A DNA stretch of 64,000 bases from Candidatus Magasanikiibacteriota bacterium (GCA_016182085.1 JACOYB010000005.1:1013-65012); one strand, 5' to 3'; shown: positions 44,976 through 55,652, counted from the stretch's first letter. The notes: generated by a model not told the origin, from the sequence alone. Numbers and translations: made by a program.

Positions 44976-46067
44976 CTACCAAAAAATTATCCGTTTGGCA
45001 ATAAACCAATAGGCCGTCATAAGCGGATTGGCAATATACTTAAGCAAAGGATTGTTAATATCTTTTTCCTCAAAAATTACTTTGCTCGCGGCCATTTTCA
45101 AAATTTCCTTGTCTGTGACTTTACGAATAGATTGGATATGTTTACGCTTTTCCAGCCATAAATCCCAATGTTTCGGATCAAGCCAGTAAGCATAAATACT
45201 CATCCGCACTTTAAACCAACCGGTCATGATGGAAAAAAGAATCAATCCAAATTCCATAATTATGGCCATGGGCAAAAGCAGAATTAAAGTCGTCCATTTA
45301 AAATACATAAGCATTACGCCGTAACGGTTTCTTTCCATATAATAAAACTTGTCCTGGTTGCGGCTAAATTGATATTTATGATAAAAAATCGCGTCCCGGA
45401 CGATACAGACTTTATAACCCACCGCTCTCATACGCAATGAATATTCCAAATCTTCATGATACAAAAAAAAGTCTTTATCCCAGACGCCATACTCTTTAAG
45501 TAATTTAGCACGCATTAAAATTGATGCGCCGCTGGCATAGCCTACTTCTTCTATTTCCCTTAATTTTAAATCGCTTTTTTTGCGCCTGAAGCTGCCGCAA
45601 TAACCAAAGCCTAGGTAATGAAACGAATTGCCGGCGGTATTTACCAATTCTGTTTCCGGGTATAGCAGAAGCAAAGACTGGGCGGCACCAATTTTCTGAT
45701 CGTTTTCCAAAGCCGCCACCAATTTTTCTATACAATTGGCGGCCATAAAGCCATCATTATTATGGAAATAAATATATTCAAAACCGTGTTCCAAAGCCCA
45801 GGCAATGCCTACATTATTACCACCGGCGAATCCGAGATTTTCTTTTTGCGGCAGAAGCGTAACATGCGGGATACTTTGTCCGGAAATAGGCAGTAGTTTT
45901 TCTTCTAAGTTTCTCATTGAACTTCCGAACTTCGGATGCGGGTTATCTACAACCACAAACTCTACCATATCTTTGGGATAGGTAATTTTTTCTAAAGACG
46001 AAACCACATCGTCCAAATAGATGTCCGAGTTAAACGAAAGGTAAATAATTGCCACTTTTGGACTCAT
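44976..46067 (-). CDS. GT2 glycosyltransferase with C-terminal TM helices
   Basis: VAIIYLSFNS...VVVDN and LGFAGGNN motifs are present. Confidence 0.7.
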   Translation of the reverse strand: MSPKVAIIYLSFNSDIYLDDVVSSLEKITYPKDMVEFVVVDNPHPKFGSSMRNLEEKLLPISGQSIPHVTLLPQKENLGFAGGNNVGIAWALEHGFEYIYFHNNDGFMAANCIEKLVAALENDQKIGAAQSLLLLYPETELVNTAGNSFHYLGFGYCGSFRRKKSDLKLREIEEVGYASGASILMRAKLLKEYGVWDKDFFLYHEDLEYSLRMRAVGYKVCIVRDAIFYHKYQFSRNQDKFYYMERNRYGVMLMYFKWTTLILLLPMAIIMEFGLILFSIMTGWFKVRMSIYAYWLDPKHWDLWLEKRKHIQSIRKVTDKEILKMAASKVIFEEKDINNPLLKYIANPLMTAYWFIAKRIIFW

Positions 46068-46069
46068 AT

Positions 46070-46918
46070 TTAGTGAGGAAAATGTTTAAAATTATGACGC
46101 CATTTCCACATATATTGCAGCCAGCTCTGCAAATGAATGCGGGCCAGCTTGTTTTTTATAAGCGCCTTAAAAATACCGGGTACCTTAGCTGAATCACGAT
46201 TATATTTATGCGTAATTATAATATCATGCACGTAATATATTGGCCAACCATTATTCCACATCGTGCGGCACCAGTCGCTGTCTTCCAGGTACATAAAATA
46301 CTGCTCATCAAACCAGCCAACTTGATCTATGGCTTCCTTGCGCACGACCATGGCCGCCCCAAGCACCCAATCTACCGGTCGAGTGGAATTATGATCAAAA
46401 TCTTTCATGAGCAGCCAGTCGGAAAACTTTCTTACCCAGCTGTATTTTTTATCAAAATTTATTTGTTTAAGCGGCTTGATAAGCATTGACTGCAAATCAA
46501 ATCTATAACAAGAATACTGCAGCGTACCGTCAATATTTAACAGCTTGGTGCCAATACAGCCAATCTTTGGGTGCTCGTCCATGAATTTTATTACTCGCTC
46601 TATAACATGAGAATTTTCGGGAATAACCGTATCCGGATTTAAGGCAAAGTAATATCGAGCCGGGATGGATTTAAAACCCATCGTGTTGCCTTTGCCAAAA
46701 CCTACATTACCGCCACAGTCCACATAGTTTACCAAAGGAAATTGCCCGTCCAAGGCTTCTTTTATGCCATCCTGATTTTGTGAGTTGTCAGCTACGGTAA
46801 CTTGAACGGCATACGGACAATTAGATATATCATTAAAAACTGAAGCCACGGCATGCAAAATGTCGTCTTTCATCAAATAGTTTACAAAAACTATATTTAT
46901 GTCCTTTAATTCCACCAT
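46070..46918 (-). CDS. GT2 glycosyltransferase
   Basis: GT2 fold motifs (VTVADNSQ, GGNVGFGKGNT) are present. Confidence 0.65.
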   Translation of the reverse strand: MVELKDINIVFVNYLMKDDILHAVASVFNDISNCPYAVQVTVADNSQNQDGIKEALDGQFPLVNYVDCGGNVGFGKGNTMGFKSIPARYYFALNPDTVIPENSHVIERVIKFMDEHPKIGCIGTKLLNIDGTLQYSCYRFDLQSMLIKPLKQINFDKKYSWVRKFSDWLLMKDFDHNSTRPVDWVLGAAMVVRKEAIDQVGWFDEQYFMYLEDSDWCRTMWNNGWPIYYVHDIIITHKYNRDSAKVPGIFKALIKNKLARIHLQSWLQYMWKWRHNFKHFPH

Positions 46919-47943
46919 ACACGCACTTGTTTCCAGTCTACTTTTCTTAACTGTTTAATATATTTCCTTTTTCCAACTAAATTATAGGCAAAAACTTCCT
47001 TTAAACCGGCCAAAACCTGCCTATCAAATAACAAAAAATATACGAACTTCTTTAGTTCATACCATAAAATCCACGGAAGATCAAGAATAAAGTTCTGCCA
47101 GTATTCATTTTTATAGAGGGACGCTATATGGTTTTTATAGCTATGATACTTGACGAGTTCTGATTGAGACTGTTTATTTATAAGTGCCGCAACATCGCCA
47201 GCTTGTTTAGAACCAGCTGCGGAACGATCGTGAAATGCCAGGGCATCAAGCAGCACACAGGCCATATTACCCGAAGCGATTAACCGGTACGCCAAATCCA
47301 CATCTTCTTTATACGAATGGTAACTTTCATCAAAAATAGTTCCATCTTCATACAAAATACCTTTAATTATAGACCTCCTAAACACGGGCAACGCCCCAGA
47401 AATACCAAATACCTGAAATACGTTCCCTTGCCCCAAGAGTTCATCCGAAATTTCCAGCCAGTCCGCTTGAGCATACTGCTCAACCACGCGACGATTCCGA
47501 TATACTTTGAGCCCTAAACTATCTACTTGATCGGTAAAACTGTTTTGCAAACCATGTTGAATATTGTTGAAATTCCATTTCATCAGACGCGGCGAAACTG
47601 CGGCAACATCGGCATGAGAATCTAAAAATTTTATAATCCGCTCTAAACAATCCGGCATCAAATACATATCCTGATTTAACATCAAAAAATATTCTGTATC
47701 TGTTTTTTTAAAGGCCAGATTTTGTCCGCCGGCAAATCCCAAATTTTCTTTATTCTCAATAATTTGATATGTAACTGGAAAGTTTTCGAGCTCTTTTTTT
47801 ATTAATTCTAGGGTATTATCTGTGGAATTATTATCAATTACCAAAAGCTGCCAATCCAAAAAGGTTTGCTTTCGCAACGAATCAAACAAATGCGGCACAT
47901 ACTTGGCGCCATTCCAAACAACTAGGTGTATTGATAAACGCAT
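46906..47943 (-). CDS. GT2 glycosyltransferase
   Basis: LLVIDNNSTDNT and NLGFAGGQN are present. The stop overlaps the upstream gene start. Confidence 0.7.
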   Translation of the reverse strand: MRLSIHLVVWNGAKYVPHLFDSLRKQTFLDWQLLVIDNNSTDNTLELIKKELENFPVTYQIIENKENLGFAGGQNLAFKKTDTEYFLMLNQDMYLMPDCLERIIKFLDSHADVAAVSPRLMKWNFNNIQHGLQNSFTDQVDSLGLKVYRNRRVVEQYAQADWLEISDELLGQGNVFQVFGISGALPVFRRSIIKGILYEDGTIFDESYHSYKEDVDLAYRLIASGNMACVLLDALAFHDRSAAGSKQAGDVAALINKQSQSELVKYHSYKNHIASLYKNEYWQNFILDLPWILWYELKKFVYFLLFDRQVLAGLKEVFAYNLVGKRKYIKQLRKVDWKQVRVWWN

Positions 47944-47949
47944 AATAGA

Positions 47950-48723
47950 TCAAAAACCCCACTTCTTAAAATACCGATACATGCTTTTTATAAATTGCTT
48001 CTGCTTCCAGAAAGTGCTTCTTTCTTTAAAACTCTGCCCAACGTAATCTACGCAGGAAATAATCGGGGTATGCATTACCTTAAACCCTAATCTTTTTACT
48101 TCTTTGCAAAGATCCACATCTTCAAACCAAATATAATACCTGGGGTCAAACGCCCAGCCTAATCTTTCGTAAATTTCTCGGCGCATCATCATAAATGATC
48201 CGCGAACCGAATCTACTTCCTGTTCTACATCCGGATTAAAATCCTTAAACAAATACCTGTCATTTATATGAGGAAAAATATGAGGTAATTTTAAAACAAC
48301 TGCCAGCTGATCCCACAGCCCCGGGAAACGCCTCGGTTGGGCATCTTGGTTTATATAACCATGTTCGTCTACCAATTTACAACTGGCCAAGCCAACATCT
48401 GGATGATTTTTCATCCAGTCTAGCATGATATTCAAAGACCCTTCCGCCGCACGCATATCTGGATTCAAAAAAAGCAAAAATTCGCCCCGCGCGAGTTTGG
48501 CAGCCATATTATTTGCCGCGGCAAAACCGACATTTTTAAAATTTTTTAACAATTTAATTTCGGGAAAATTTTTTGATACAACTTCCGTCGTGTTATCCGT
48601 GGAAGCATTGTCTACAATAAACTGTTCAAAACTAATATTCTTGCAGCTGGCTTTAACGGATTTTATCTGATCCGCAATTAAATTCGCGCTATTCCAAGTT
48701 ACGGTGATCACGCTTAGCTGCAT
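47950..48723 (-). CDS. GT2 glycosyltransferase
   Basis: SVITVTWNS, IVDNASTDNT and NVGFAAANN are present. Confidence 0.7.
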   Translation of the reverse strand: MQLSVITVTWNSANLIADQIKSVKASCKNISFEQFIVDNASTDNTTEVVSKNFPEIKLLKNFKNVGFAAANNMAAKLARGEFLLFLNPDMRAAEGSLNIMLDWMKNHPDVGLASCKLVDEHGYINQDAQPRRFPGLWDQLAVVLKLPHIFPHINDRYLFKDFNPDVEQEVDSVRGSFMMMRREIYERLGWAFDPRYYIWFEDVDLCKEVKRLGFKVMHTPIISCVDYVGQSFKERSTFWKQKQFIKSMYRYFKKWGF

Positions 48724-48741
48724 ACGCTATTTTATAAAAAA

Positions 48742-49797
48742 TTATCTTTTGAGTTCGGCTTTAAAAAAATCCACAAATGGGATGGCGGTTGGGTCTATGC
48801 CTTGCAGCATAGCGGAATAAAAACTGATATAGCTGCCAAGCATCAATACTTCGCAGACCTGTAATGATTTTGTTTTTTCTTGGCACTTGTACGAAACATA
48901 TTCTATACCGTTTTTATCCAAAATAGTTTTAGTAATTTCATATCTTTTTTGTACTCGGCTATCATACAAACCTGACTCTAATAAAACAAATTTAATGTTA
49001 TTTTTATTAGTCTCCGGAAATAACATCCCTTCCATTAAATGATGGTTGAGTTCTGGTATTAAAAAATATCCGCCGAAACGTTTGGCATTTTCATTCATCT
49101 GGTTTGCCGCGATATGCGCATTACCGGATAAATGTTCGGAAGCCGCATACCAGACGCTTTTGCCAAATAATGCGCCCGCCATTTGCTTGGCTGTATTTTT
49201 TTCTTCTGCATTATTAACTCCAAACAAAGAATTATACTTGGCAATATTTTGTAAAACGCTTTTTACTTCGGCCGGTGAAAATTTTAATATGCCCGCGTTA
49301 GCCAGCATAGCCGCCTGCCCAAAAATAGAATAACCCAGCCCCATGCGCGGCGAACCGCACGGGTTATTATTAACGGTAAAAACTAAGACAGGAATTTTAT
49401 TTTTTCTGGCCCACTGGGCCAATTGCCCCCCGGAACAAATAACCATTACTTTTGCCTGTTTCTTTTTTGCCTCTTTTACGGCCTGCAATACTTCTTCGGT
49501 CGAACCGGAATAACTGGAAGCGATAACAAGTGATTTCGATGATACAAAAGCGGGCGCTTGGTAGCCATTTATTATTTCTAGGGGAATCTTTAAGGAAACG
49601 GATTTTAATACATGCGCGCCTAGCGCCGAACCGCCCATGCCTAGTACCACTATATTATTTACTTTTTTATAACTTGCCGGAATTTTTACCTGTTTAGCCT
49701 GAGCCAAAACTTCTTCTACCTGGCTGCCCAAAAGCTCTATGCTCCCAAGCATGTTTTTTGAATCTAACTGAGAAATTTTTGCTTTGTCGTCTAGCAT
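48742..49797 (-). CDS. SIS-domain bifunctional phosphoglucose/phosphomannose isomerase-like protein
   Basis: VVLGMGGSALGAHV and a second SIS-like segment are present. The protein is 351 aa. Confidence 0.55.
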   Translation of the reverse strand: MLDDKAKISQLDSKNMLGSIELLGSQVEEVLAQAKQVKIPASYKKVNNIVVLGMGGSALGAHVLKSVSLKIPLEIINGYQAPAFVSSKSLVIASSYSGSTEEVLQAVKEAKKKQAKVMVICSGGQLAQWARKNKIPVLVFTVNNNPCGSPRMGLGYSIFGQAAMLANAGILKFSPAEVKSVLQNIAKYNSLFGVNNAEEKNTAKQMAGALFGKSVWYAASEHLSGNAHIAANQMNENAKRFGGYFLIPELNHHLMEGMLFPETNKNNIKFVLLESGLYDSRVQKRYEITKTILDKNGIEYVSYKCQEKTKSLQVCEVLMLGSYISFYSAMLQGIDPTAIPFVDFFKAELKR

Positions 49798-50001
49798 ACC
49801 TTTATTTTAAAATTTGAAAAGTTAAGTTATTTTAGCAATTTTATACGTCCTTGTAAAGCAATAATTTAAAACAAAAACAGCCTTCGTTTGAAGACTGTTT
49901 TTGTGCTTGGCCCGAGAATTTCTTCTCAAGGCCAGTCTCTTGTTGGCGGCCTTTACGAGCCGCCGTCCGCCTTGTGGGCAGACTACCCCAGTCGGGGGCG
50001 G

Positions 50002-50463
50002 CTATTGAAACAGGTTCAGGTCACCGAGCTCCAGAACCCGGACCTGCGCGGGCTGCTGGCGGACGAGGTACGCGTCGTAGTTCACGACACGATTCTTATC
50101 CTTGGAGAAGAGGGTGACCAGATGCCACACCTCATTGCCGATCTGGATCGAGCCGTCATCGCTCACCACCACCGTAATACCCTTGTTCTTGGCGTTGGTG
50201 AGCGAGAAGCGGGGTCCATCCTGGCAGATGATGCCGGCGATCTTCTCGCTGGGCGTCACCGTCTCGCCCTTGGCGTTGACGTAGGTGAGGTTGGAGGGCG
50301 CGTCGAACGCGAGATCGGGTTCCGCCGTGATGATGGGCTGGCCGTACTGGCCCGGGCTCACCATGTAGAACTGGCGTTCGCCGTTCGGACCAAGGTTGGT
50401 GACGTTGTAGTCGCCCGTCGTTTCATCCACCTTGATAGTCCACTGCTTATTCATGACCTGCAT
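50002..50463 (-). CDS. Hypothetical beta-rich protein (153 aa) in a second high-GC island
   Basis: A Shine-Dalgarno sequence (GGAGCGGAG) precedes ATGCAGGTCATG. GC3 is very high. The antisense 202-aa ORF (49888..50496) is an Arg/Gly/Leu-rich GC artefact. Confidence 0.4.
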   Translation of the reverse strand: MQVMNKQWTIKVDETTGDYNVTNLGPNGERQFYMVSPGQYGQPIITAEPDLAFDAPSNLTYVNAKGETVTPSEKIAGIICQDGPRFSLTNAKNKGITVVVSDDGSIQIGNEVWHLVTLFSKDKNRVVNYDAYLVRQQPAQVRVLELGDLNLFQ

Positions 50464-50606
50464 TTTCTATCTCCGCTCCCAGGGCCTATTGCCTGAGATT
50501 GAAGTTGGGTGCTGGCAGTAAGTGCAGCACTCATACACCCGCCTGTGCAATTTACACACGCGCGATTAAGCTTTCTCAATCGCCCGAGTACAAAATACTT
50601 CAACTA

Positions 50607-50634
50607 TAAAACCCGTTACTAGAACGGGTTATAA
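50607..50634 (-). terminator. Hairpin terminator after the 50670..51566 gene
   Basis: AACCCGTTCTAGTAACGGGTTTT on the minus strand. Confidence 0.5.
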
Positions 50635-50669
50635 TAGCACAAAAATGACTTCCTGTCAATACCCCAAGA

Positions 50670-51566
50670 TTAACCTTTTTGTCTTAATTCACGTAAAAAT
50701 TCTTCTGCTTGCGCAGCTCCGCTCCAGTACCCTATACCATCCATAGCATTTCTTGCATCTTCAGCATAACGCTTGGCCATTTTTTTCTTTTTAAGGGCTA
50801 GGAAAGCTTTGGCAACATCTAAGTTAACCCTGCCTATGTTAAACGTATCTCCCAGCTCCTGGCGCTGACGTTGCAAGGCAAATAATTGTTGAATACCAGA
50901 TTCAATCTTATCCGGCTCAGCCTGAAGGGTCATTTTAGAAATTTGAGCTCCATATCTTAATTTACTGACCTGCCACCGCACATTTAAATCGCTGGCCTGC
51001 TCTTTTTTAAGTAAAAGGTCTAACCCTGCCTTATGCATGTCTTTAGACAGTTCAACCTCTCCTTGGCGCAAATAGATACATCCGAGCGTATTATACGCAT
51101 TAGCTTGGGAGACCGCATCAACCACGAAACTTTCAACTCTAGTTAGTAATTTTGCCAGCCGCTCAGACGCGCCATCTCTCTTTTCATGATATAGCGCGCC
51201 AGCTAGCTCTGCGGCTGCAAACGCAGATAATTTGGCAGACTGAAGCACACGTTCCAACTCCGCGACATCTGAAATATCGGTTATACTTTTACCGATTGAT
51301 TCTTGGACTATAGAATTTATTGACCGTTCAAGAAGGCCTAACCATTCTGTATCTTTGTCGCCCTTTCTAACAACAACGTTCTCAACAAATTTATTTCTAT
51401 CTAGCAATTCTCTTACAACATCTAGTTCATTTGCATTACAAGCCTCTTCTAAACTTCCTATACGCTCATTAAAACCTTTATCAAGGCCAAAAATTATATC
51501 GGGTGAATTTTTATCAACTTCTTTCTTTTCTATTTTTTCTTTCCAGCCGCTCTCCGACTCGGTCAT
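50670..51566 (-). CDS. Hypothetical helical (TPR-like) protein
   Basis: The protein is 298 aa and helical-repeat rich. Confidence 0.35.
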   Translation of the reverse strand: MTESESGWKEKIEKKEVDKNSPDIIFGLDKGFNERIGSLEEACNANELDVVRELLDRNKFVENVVVRKGDKDTEWLGLLERSINSIVQESIGKSITDISDVAELERVLQSAKLSAFAAAELAGALYHEKRDGASERLAKLLTRVESFVVDAVSQANAYNTLGCIYLRQGEVELSKDMHKAGLDLLLKKEQASDLNVRWQVSKLRYGAQISKMTLQAEPDKIESGIQQLFALQRQRQELGDTFNIGRVNLDVAKAFLALKKKKMAKRYAEDARNAMDGIGYWSGAAQAEEFLRELRQKG

Positions 51567-51589
51567 ACTGATGGATAATTTTATTTTAA

Positions 51590-52207
51590 CTATAATGCCA
51601 CCGGCTCAATTTTTTCCTTTAACCATTTCTTAAAATATTTTTCTACTGGTTCAAGCATGTTTTTTTCTTGCACGATCTTTTTAGCCTGGCGACTGCGTAA
51701 ATTATACAGAGTGTGATACCGCAAGCGAAGATCCACTTCTATTTTTCCCTCATCGCCTTCAAAAAAATCCAAGCTTCTTTTTAAACCCAGCTTGCCAAAA
51801 CCGTCCAGTTTATCGGCATCACGCAAAATCCAAGCTACAGCGTAATCATTTGCCATATCATTCCAGTGGTAGCGAAGCGCGTATAAAATTTGCAGTTTTT
51901 CTTCCTTTGACAGCGCATCAAATCTCTTGTCCTCCCTAAACCACTCCCGGCACATTTCATACGAAAGCTCGTGATGTCTTTTTTTATGACCAAAAAATTC
52001 TTCCCTGACTCTGCCAATATCATGAAGCCAGGCGGAAATTTCCGATAAAAATATATTGGCATGTTCGGCTGTAGCGATTAGCACCGCCCACTTGGCTACC
52101 CGCTTAGCATGATCAAAACCATGCGCTTTGGCCGGATACTGGTTCATCAATTCTTTTACTCTCACTCGAACATAGCTAACTAACTTTTTTTGTTCCTTGG
52201 TGTACAT
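51590..52207 (-). CDS. HD-domain phosphohydrolase
   Basis: HGFDHAKRV...WLHDIGR gives the H..HD..D pattern. Confidence 0.65.
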   Translation of the reverse strand: MYTKEQKKLVSYVRVRVKELMNQYPAKAHGFDHAKRVAKWAVLIATAEHANIFLSEISAWLHDIGRVREEFFGHKKRHHELSYEMCREWFREDKRFDALSKEEKLQILYALRYHWNDMANDYAVAWILRDADKLDGFGKLGLKRSLDFFEGDEGKIEVDLRLRYHTLYNLRSRQAKKIVQEKNMLEPVEKYFKKWLKEKIEPVAL

Positions 52208-52213
52208 AAACCA

Positions 52214-53062
52214 CTAAACCTTCCTTAGCTCCGCGTATTTTTTAAGTGTTTCTCGCACCGCTTCATGCACAGGTCGCATTTGTATACCTAGTTTTTCTAA
52301 GTTACCGGATTGCAAAATAGTATTTGATCTGGTTTTTTTGGCCAGGCCGCTAGCCACCAATTCTTGGGCAGATATCCATTCTTCTACTTTGTGATTTGGA
52401 TCTACAATTTCCTCGTACATTGCCACAATTTCTTTATGTTTGATCGCGCCCGGATTGGTAACGTGAAAAATTCCGGCAGCTTGTTTTTCTAAAAGCTGTT
52501 TAAAAACATTTATCATATCCTCTACCACCGTGATGCTGTTTATCACATCAATTACGCGTGGAAATGACATGAGCTTGTCTATTAAATTTGCCGGTGACGG
52601 CTCATAATCAACCGGCATTCTGATTCTGGCAATCCCGATGTTTGGCATTGTTGATAATACCAAGTCTGCAGCGTATTTACTGCGCGTATAAACAGCCAAG
52701 GGGTTAGGATGATCATCTTCTTTCCAACCCTTCGGGTCTGCGGAATAGCCATAAAAAATACAGCCTGTGCCCATATGCAATAAATATACGCCTTTTTTCT
52801 GACACGCCTCGGCAATCATGATCGGCAAGGTCGTGTTACCCGCAATTGTTTCAAGCTGATGAGTTTCGCACCAATCTACGTTTGGCTTACCCACAATACC
52901 CGCGGCATTTAATACCGAATCCGGTTTGTGTTCATCTATGAGTTCTTCAACATCTTGCGCGGAATGAATTATTTTATCCGATAAAACTGCCTCGGGCCAA
53001 GCTGCTGCGCACCGCTTACCCAAAAAGCCATTGCCAATGATTAAAATTTTTTTTGCTTGCAT
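52214..53062 (-). CDS. rmlD: dTDP-4-dehydrorhamnose reductase-like (RmlD family) NAD(P)-dependent reductase
   Basis: The N-terminal ILIIGNGFLGKR is a Rossmann motif. The protein is 282 aa and lies adjacent to rmlB. Confidence 0.55.
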   Translation of the reverse strand: MQAKKILIIGNGFLGKRCAAAWPEAVLSDKIIHSAQDVEELIDEHKPDSVLNAAGIVGKPNVDWCETHQLETIAGNTTLPIMIAEACQKKGVYLLHMGTGCIFYGYSADPKGWKEDDHPNPLAVYTRSKYAADLVLSTMPNIGIARIRMPVDYEPSPANLIDKLMSFPRVIDVINSITVVEDMINVFKQLLEKQAAGIFHVTNPGAIKHKEIVAMYEEIVDPNHKVEEWISAQELVASGLAKKTRSNTILQSGNLEKLGIQMRPVHEAVRETLKKYAELRKV

Positions 53063-53066
53063 ATAA

Positions 53067-54077
53067 TTAAGCTTTTTCCGTATATTGTTTTTTAAAATAC
53101 TCTCTATGCTCTCCGCTCTTAAGCGGCTGCCACCAATTTGGATTATTTTTATACCATTTGATGGTTTCTCTTAAACCCGCCTTAAAGTCTTTTTCCGGAT
53201 GCCAGCCAAAATCTTTTTTTAATTTGCTCCAATCTATGGAATACCGCCTATCATGTCCCGGTCTATCACGCACCGGCTCAATCATATCCCCGCCAAACCC
53301 CATTTCGGATAGTATCATGTTGGTTAACTCTATATTTTCTAACTCCTGACCAGAACCAATATTATATACCTCTCCCGGCGCAGCCTTATGCAATAGCACA
53401 TCAACAGCTTTGCAATGGTCGCTGGTATGAATCCACTCTCTCACATTTTTTCCATCACCATACAAGGGCACTTTTTTACCTTCAATTAGATTCGTGATGA
53501 AAAATGGTATTAATTTTTCCGGATACTGATTGGTACCATAAAAATTACAGCTGTGGGTGACTACCACCGGCGTTTTATAGGTAACAAAATAAGCCCGGCA
53601 TAAATGATCGCCGCCGGCTTTGGCTGCCGAATAGGGGCTATTGGGAGAAAACGGCGACTCTTCCGTAAAACTGCCGGCTTCAATACTGCCGTATACTTCA
53701 TCCGTAGAAATCTGCACCATTTTAGTTAAATTGAAATTTTTGGTCGCTTCCAGCAAATTAAAGGTGCCCAAAATATCGGTTCGCAAAAACGCGTCCGGGT
53801 CCATAATAGATCTGTCTACATGGGTTTCGGCTGCGTAGTTAACTATTGCCTCAATATTATTTTCCCTAATCACATCCTCAACCGCAGCCTTATCACAGAT
53901 ATCTCCGCGAACAAATGTATACCGAGGATTATTTTCAACTTCGCGTAAATTTTCCAAATTACCGGCATAGGTCAGCTTATCAAAATTTACCACCTCGTAA
54001 TCCGGGTATGTTGCTAAAATATATTTTATGAAATGGGAGCCCATAAACCCGGCCCCGCCGCAAACAAGTAACTTCAT
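53067..54077 (-). CDS. rmlB: dTDP-glucose 4,6-dehydratase
   Basis: LLVCGGAGFMGSH, YxxxK and the TDEVYG pattern are present. The protein is 336 aa. Confidence 0.8.
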   Translation of the reverse strand: MKLLVCGGAGFMGSHFIKYILATYPDYEVVNFDKLTYAGNLENLREVENNPRYTFVRGDICDKAAVEDVIRENNIEAIVNYAAETHVDRSIMDPDAFLRTDILGTFNLLEATKNFNLTKMVQISTDEVYGSIEAGSFTEESPFSPNSPYSAAKAGGDHLCRAYFVTYKTPVVVTHSCNFYGTNQYPEKLIPFFITNLIEGKKVPLYGDGKNVREWIHTSDHCKAVDVLLHKAAPGEVYNIGSGQELENIELTNMILSEMGFGGDMIEPVRDRPGHDRRYSIDWSKLKKDFGWHPEKDFKAGLRETIKWYKNNPNWWQPLKSGEHREYFKKQYTEKA

Positions 54078-54088
54078 AAGCGTATCAT

Positions 54089-55204
54089 TTAAATTTTACC
54101 GTACTTACTTATATTGGCAACAATGCCCATGCTGGCAAGCCCGATGAGCAGAGCTGATCCGCCATGGCTAATAAACGGCAGGGGTACGCCCGTAAGGGGC
54201 AATAACCCGATAATTGTGCCAATATTTAAGAAAGATTGCCAGATAAACCATATCATAATCCCCGCGGCAAGTAAACGGCCAAAGGGGTCTGGGGCGCCTT
54301 TGGCAATCTTGAAGCCTCGGAGCGCCAAAAAACTGATTAAAAAAACCAAAATTGAGGTAACTAAAAAACCCATCTCTTCGGCAATAATGGCAAATATTGA
54401 ATCGGCTTGCGCTTCGGGCAAATATTGAAATTTTTGTCTGGAGTGTCCAAGTCCCAACCCCCATACCCCGCCAGAGCCAACCGCGAGATATGCCTGATTT
54501 ATTTGATAACCAATACCTTGCGGATCAAGTTCGGGATGCAAAAAGGTCGTAAGCCGCTGCACGCGGTATGGCGCTACCAAGAGCAATATGGCAAATGATA
54601 CCGCTGTCAGCAAGCCAAGAATCACCAAATACACCCGAGGAATACCCGCCAAATACAGCATGGCAAAAATTATAACTACCAAAATTGACAGAGTTCCCAC
54701 ATCGGGCTGGGCGGCGACAAGCAAAACTACCGGCAATAGCATGGCAAAAATTGGCATCAAGCCATTTTTCCAATCACGCAAATCCCTGCCTTCAGACAAA
54801 AGTTTAGCAAGTATTATTATCGTGGTGAGCTTTACAAATTCTGAAGGCTGAAAACTGAGCCCAAACAACTGTACCCAGCTTCGCGAACCATTGATGGTGA
54901 GTCCGATGCCCGGTATAAAAACCAAACAGAGAATTACAAGCGATAATAGATATATAATACCGCCAAATTTTTGCAGCAGCTCATATTTGGTATTGCCAAA
55001 AACTAAAAATAAAAAGAGTCCGGGGAGCAAGCCAAACAATAATTGTTTTTTAATAAAAAAATACGTATCGCCGAATTTGGCATAGCCTATAGGGGCGCTC
55101 GCCGAAGCAAGCATTACCAGCCCAAAAACTACCAGGATAGCAAAAAATAATAAAAACAATCTATCAGCCGATTTTTTTGATCTTTCCATAAACTTATTTT
55201 TCAA
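54089..55204 (-). CDS. SEDS-family peptidoglycan polymerase (RodA/FtsW)
   Basis: The protein has 10 TM helices and is 371 aa. SEDS motifs (GSxxWI...QPSEFxK) are present. Confidence 0.8.
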   Translation of the reverse strand: MKNKFMERSKKSADRLFLLFFAILVVFGLVMLASASAPIGYAKFGDTYFFIKKQLLFGLLPGLFLFLVFGNTKYELLQKFGGIIYLLSLVILCLVFIPGIGLTINGSRSWVQLFGLSFQPSEFVKLTTIIILAKLLSEGRDLRDWKNGLMPIFAMLLPVVLLVAAQPDVGTLSILVVIIFAMLYLAGIPRVYLVILGLLTAVSFAILLLVAPYRVQRLTTFLHPELDPQGIGYQINQAYLAVGSGGVWGLGLGHSRQKFQYLPEAQADSIFAIIAEEMGFLVTSILVFLISFLALRGFKIAKGAPDPFGRLLAAGIMIWFIWQSFLNIGTIIGLLPLTGVPLPFISHGGSALLIGLASMGIVANISKYGKI

Positions 55205-55207
55205 AGA

Positions 55208-55564
55208 CTAGGAATTCAATCTCACAAGCAATGCGATGCCAATGGCTAAAAACAAGTGAAAGAATAAAATCCAAGCATTCAATAGTCTTGCCAAAAACTT
55301 ATCGTAAAAGTAAACTGCGAGCGAACACAGACAATTAAATAAAATAACCAGCACGCCAATAAGGGGCGGGAAATAAATCTGCCACCACTCTCCGACTGAA
55401 TCAACTCCAAAAATAATATTATAATGTAAAAAAATAACAGGCGTATCCGGACTAACATTCATAACTAAAATTACCCACAAAAAAATTTGTATTAAAATTG
55501 ACCCTGCCAAGGGTATGGAAATCCACGGATCACGAAGGTAGAGTTTGGGCGAATAAAAAAGCAT
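55208..55564 (-). CDS. Small polytopic membrane protein, hypothetical
   Basis: The protein is 118 aa with four TM helices. Confidence 0.35.
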   Translation of the reverse strand: MLFYSPKLYLRDPWISIPLAGSILIQIFLWVILVMNVSPDTPVIFLHYNIIFGVDSVGEWWQIYFPPLIGVLVILFNCLCSLAVYFYDKFLARLLNAWILFFHLFLAIGIALLVRLNS

Positions 55565-55652
55565 GCTGTATTTAGGCTAAATTGAAGAAAAAACCCTGAA
55601 CTTATCTATATTTAGAGCAAATCCACTGGTATAATAACAAATTTTAACCCCC

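Noticed and set aside
49888-50496. 202-aa plus-strand ORF in the second high-GC island
   Set aside because: Its Arg/Gly/Leu/Val-rich composition is typical of the antisense frame of GC-rich coding DNA. The minus-strand 153-aa ORF has a Shine-Dalgarno sequence and balanced composition.
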